Translations under genes and position numbers: made by a program
Part shown: piece by piece, positions 62,023-64,000 of the stretch
Numbering within the stretch: position 1 is the first letter of the stretch
Layout: each line of letters opens with the position of its first letter
The notes under the pieces: model-generated
Told to the model about the DNA's origin: nothing
What the model saw: only the letters and a program-made list of their open reading frames with translations
Databases searched by the model: none
NCBI GenBank assembly: GCA_047495785.1
Contig: JBLDXI010000007.1
Coordinates: forward strand, 992,001-1,056,000
Source: Lepidodermella squamata
Lineage: Eukaryota; Animalia; Gastrotricha
Length of the DNA: 64,000 bases
Direction: 5' to 3'

Positions 62023-63603
62023 TAGGGGTGAGCCGGAAATTCGGATAACCGAATTATTCGGTACCGAACCGAACCGAATTCGCGTATTCGGTTCGGTTCC
62101 GGTTGGGTCTGAAATTCGGCGAATTCGGTTCGGTTGGGCAGAAAATGACCGAATTTCAACCGAATAATTATCCAAATTTAGATGTACCGTTCATTCTACA
62201 GAACGCAGTATAACACCGCATTTAAGTAAGATTTTTTACCGATCGGTTATTGAAACCACCACTTACCGGTATGAACCGATGAAACGAGCTGGTTTTTTTA
62301 TTTTAGTCAGAAGGCTAAACATGCATAGCAATAGCTTATCTGCGTTCCTATATCAATTAGATCTTCATTTATATTCTAATTGAAGCTCTAGGAAGTTTGA
62401 AGTATTAATAATCAACTGTATCGTTCATCTAAAAGCTTAAATTAGCAATGTTAGTACCTAACTTACTTAGGTAAATGGTACCTAATTAAACTTGAAAATT
62501 TTCGTAATTTCAAAATAACTATATGACAAGAATAATTTGCAAATGTTTTCTGAGAGCGATCCCCGTGAAAAGATCAACACCGTGATTTCTAAGCTTTACA
62601 GAAACAAAGTTTTATTCATTTAAATTTTAAATTGTAAGTTGTTATTGCCCATTAGTATGGCGCGCGCGTGTGTAAATTTCAACTTTTTAGCGCCGGGGAG
62701 TTTTGAAAAACAAATTAGATATTCTGAATCAGCGTCAAAAGTTAGGGCTATGCGCGCAATTATCTTTCAAAATGGAGAAGAAATAACGGATAGAAAATCG
62801 CGACTTGAGTGTGAGTGAGAGCGCGCGCGCACAACAAAACTTTGCTTGCTCGCAGTTGCGGTGACCATCTTACTGCTTTTACCCGAGGGTGAGCGCTCAT
62901 CTCAGGTACGCGCGCGCACACCGCAAACACAAACACACATAATCACGCGCTATCAAACTTTAGCTTCTTATTTCTTCTCCATTTTGAAAGATAATTATGC
63001 GCAAATTTGCACGTAGCCCTAACTTTTTACGCCGATTCAGGATATCTAATTTGTTTTTCAAAACTCCCCGGCGCTAAAAAGTTGAAATTTACACACGCGC
63101 GCCACTTTAAGACCTTTCAGTGCTTACACACACGCGTAGAAAAAAGAGAGAAGTGGTGTAATAAGGACCTACCTATATTATTCGGATTGTAAGGCGCGAT
63201 ATTAGGTTAAAAATAAAACATTTAAAAAATGGTAAAAAATTTGAAATAAAACATTAAATTTGAAAATGTATACGGAATAGTCTATATAATTCTGATTGTA
63301 ACCAACCAGCAGAGGTGATTTTGCTATCAACGCTATGATGAGCTTGTGTTACAAAAATATTCCAGTTATTTTCCGAAAAAATTGAATTTGCCGCTAGATA
63401 AGCTCGCGTTTTACTCAACAATCCGGTTCGTTTCGGCAGATTCGGCCACCGAATTTCAAACCGAATTATTCGGTTGATATCCGGTTCGGTTCGGTTTTTT
63501 TTGTCATTTCGGTTCGGTTTATTCGGAAACCGAATTTGCGATAACGAATTCGGTTCGGTTCGGTTCGGTTCGGTTTATTAAAATCAAATTCGGCTCATCC
63601 CTA
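62023..63603. mobile_element. hAT-like non-autonomous element
   Basis: TAGGG(G/A)TGAGCCG TIRs, CCGAA/TTCGG subterminal arrays, 8-bp TSD TAGAGAAT/AAGAGAAT. Confidence 0.8.
62656..63106. mobile_element. Long-TIR MITE (Kolobok-like) nested in the hAT-like element
   Basis: ~130-bp inverted arms TGGCGCGCG..TGTAAATTTCAACTTTTTAGCGCCGGGGAG..; right end CT followed by TTAA. Confidence 0.7.
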
Positions 63604-64000
63604 AAGAGAATATTCACAGAAAAGGGTTTAGAAATTCTAAAATGGGACACGGAGGCTAATTCATGGCCAGAAAAATCTTAGAAAATTTCAAAATGCCGCG
63701 AGAATGACAGGTAAGCCACTCACCAATAAGCTTAAAATAATCCGAAAAAATGTGGCTCAACCGAATAGAATACCGAAAATTACCAAACCAATTACCATCG
63801 ATGTCGCTGAGTTCAACGGACCAAATATTAGCGGACCAGTGTTTTGGATTAGGTTGGAGGTAGTTCCTATGATTAGTCGATTCCCCCTGGAAAGTGCCAT
63901 CCAATGACGAACTATGCACACCTGAGCTATTTAGCCTCACTCTGGCAGTCGCAAACATCCAATTACTACAACAACAACTTGATTTGGTTCGCCAAATTGG

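Overview
Eukaryotic, invertebrate-animal-like DNA with short (~50-60 nt) AT-rich GT-AG introns. The Pif-like, galaxin-like and CLCA-like genes hint at a spiralian, but the taxon cannot be fixed from this window. Genes: three secreted prepropeptide genes (1.1-5.1 kb), one of them a 7-peptide Gly/Tyr polyprotein; a chitin-binding+LamG gene; four paralogous ankyrin-like/SOCS-box genes sharing an unrecognised N-terminal Cys/His motif; a PPxY tail-anchored protein; an atypical MDP-1 phosphatase; galaxin-like, LamG-like and EGF/C-type-lectin genes; and a chimeric CLCA-like gene with defensin-like repeats, a probable dead GH19-like domain and a dead metalloprotease motif. Transposons: intact MULE, intron-containing piggyBac nested in a foldback element, P-element fossil, RLE and RT fragments, several MITEs. 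The most striking structure is a tRNA-Leu(UAG)-tRNA-iMet-variant U1 snRNA cassette present twice in inverted orientation (22.5-23.0 kb and 52.9-53.4 kb). Its U1 keeps the 5' splice-site arm and U1A loop but has an altered U1-70K loop and a non-canonical Sm site. The two cassettes bracket a ~31-kb block that splits the SOCS-box gene array. All family assignments are by-eye motif recognition; no searches were run.
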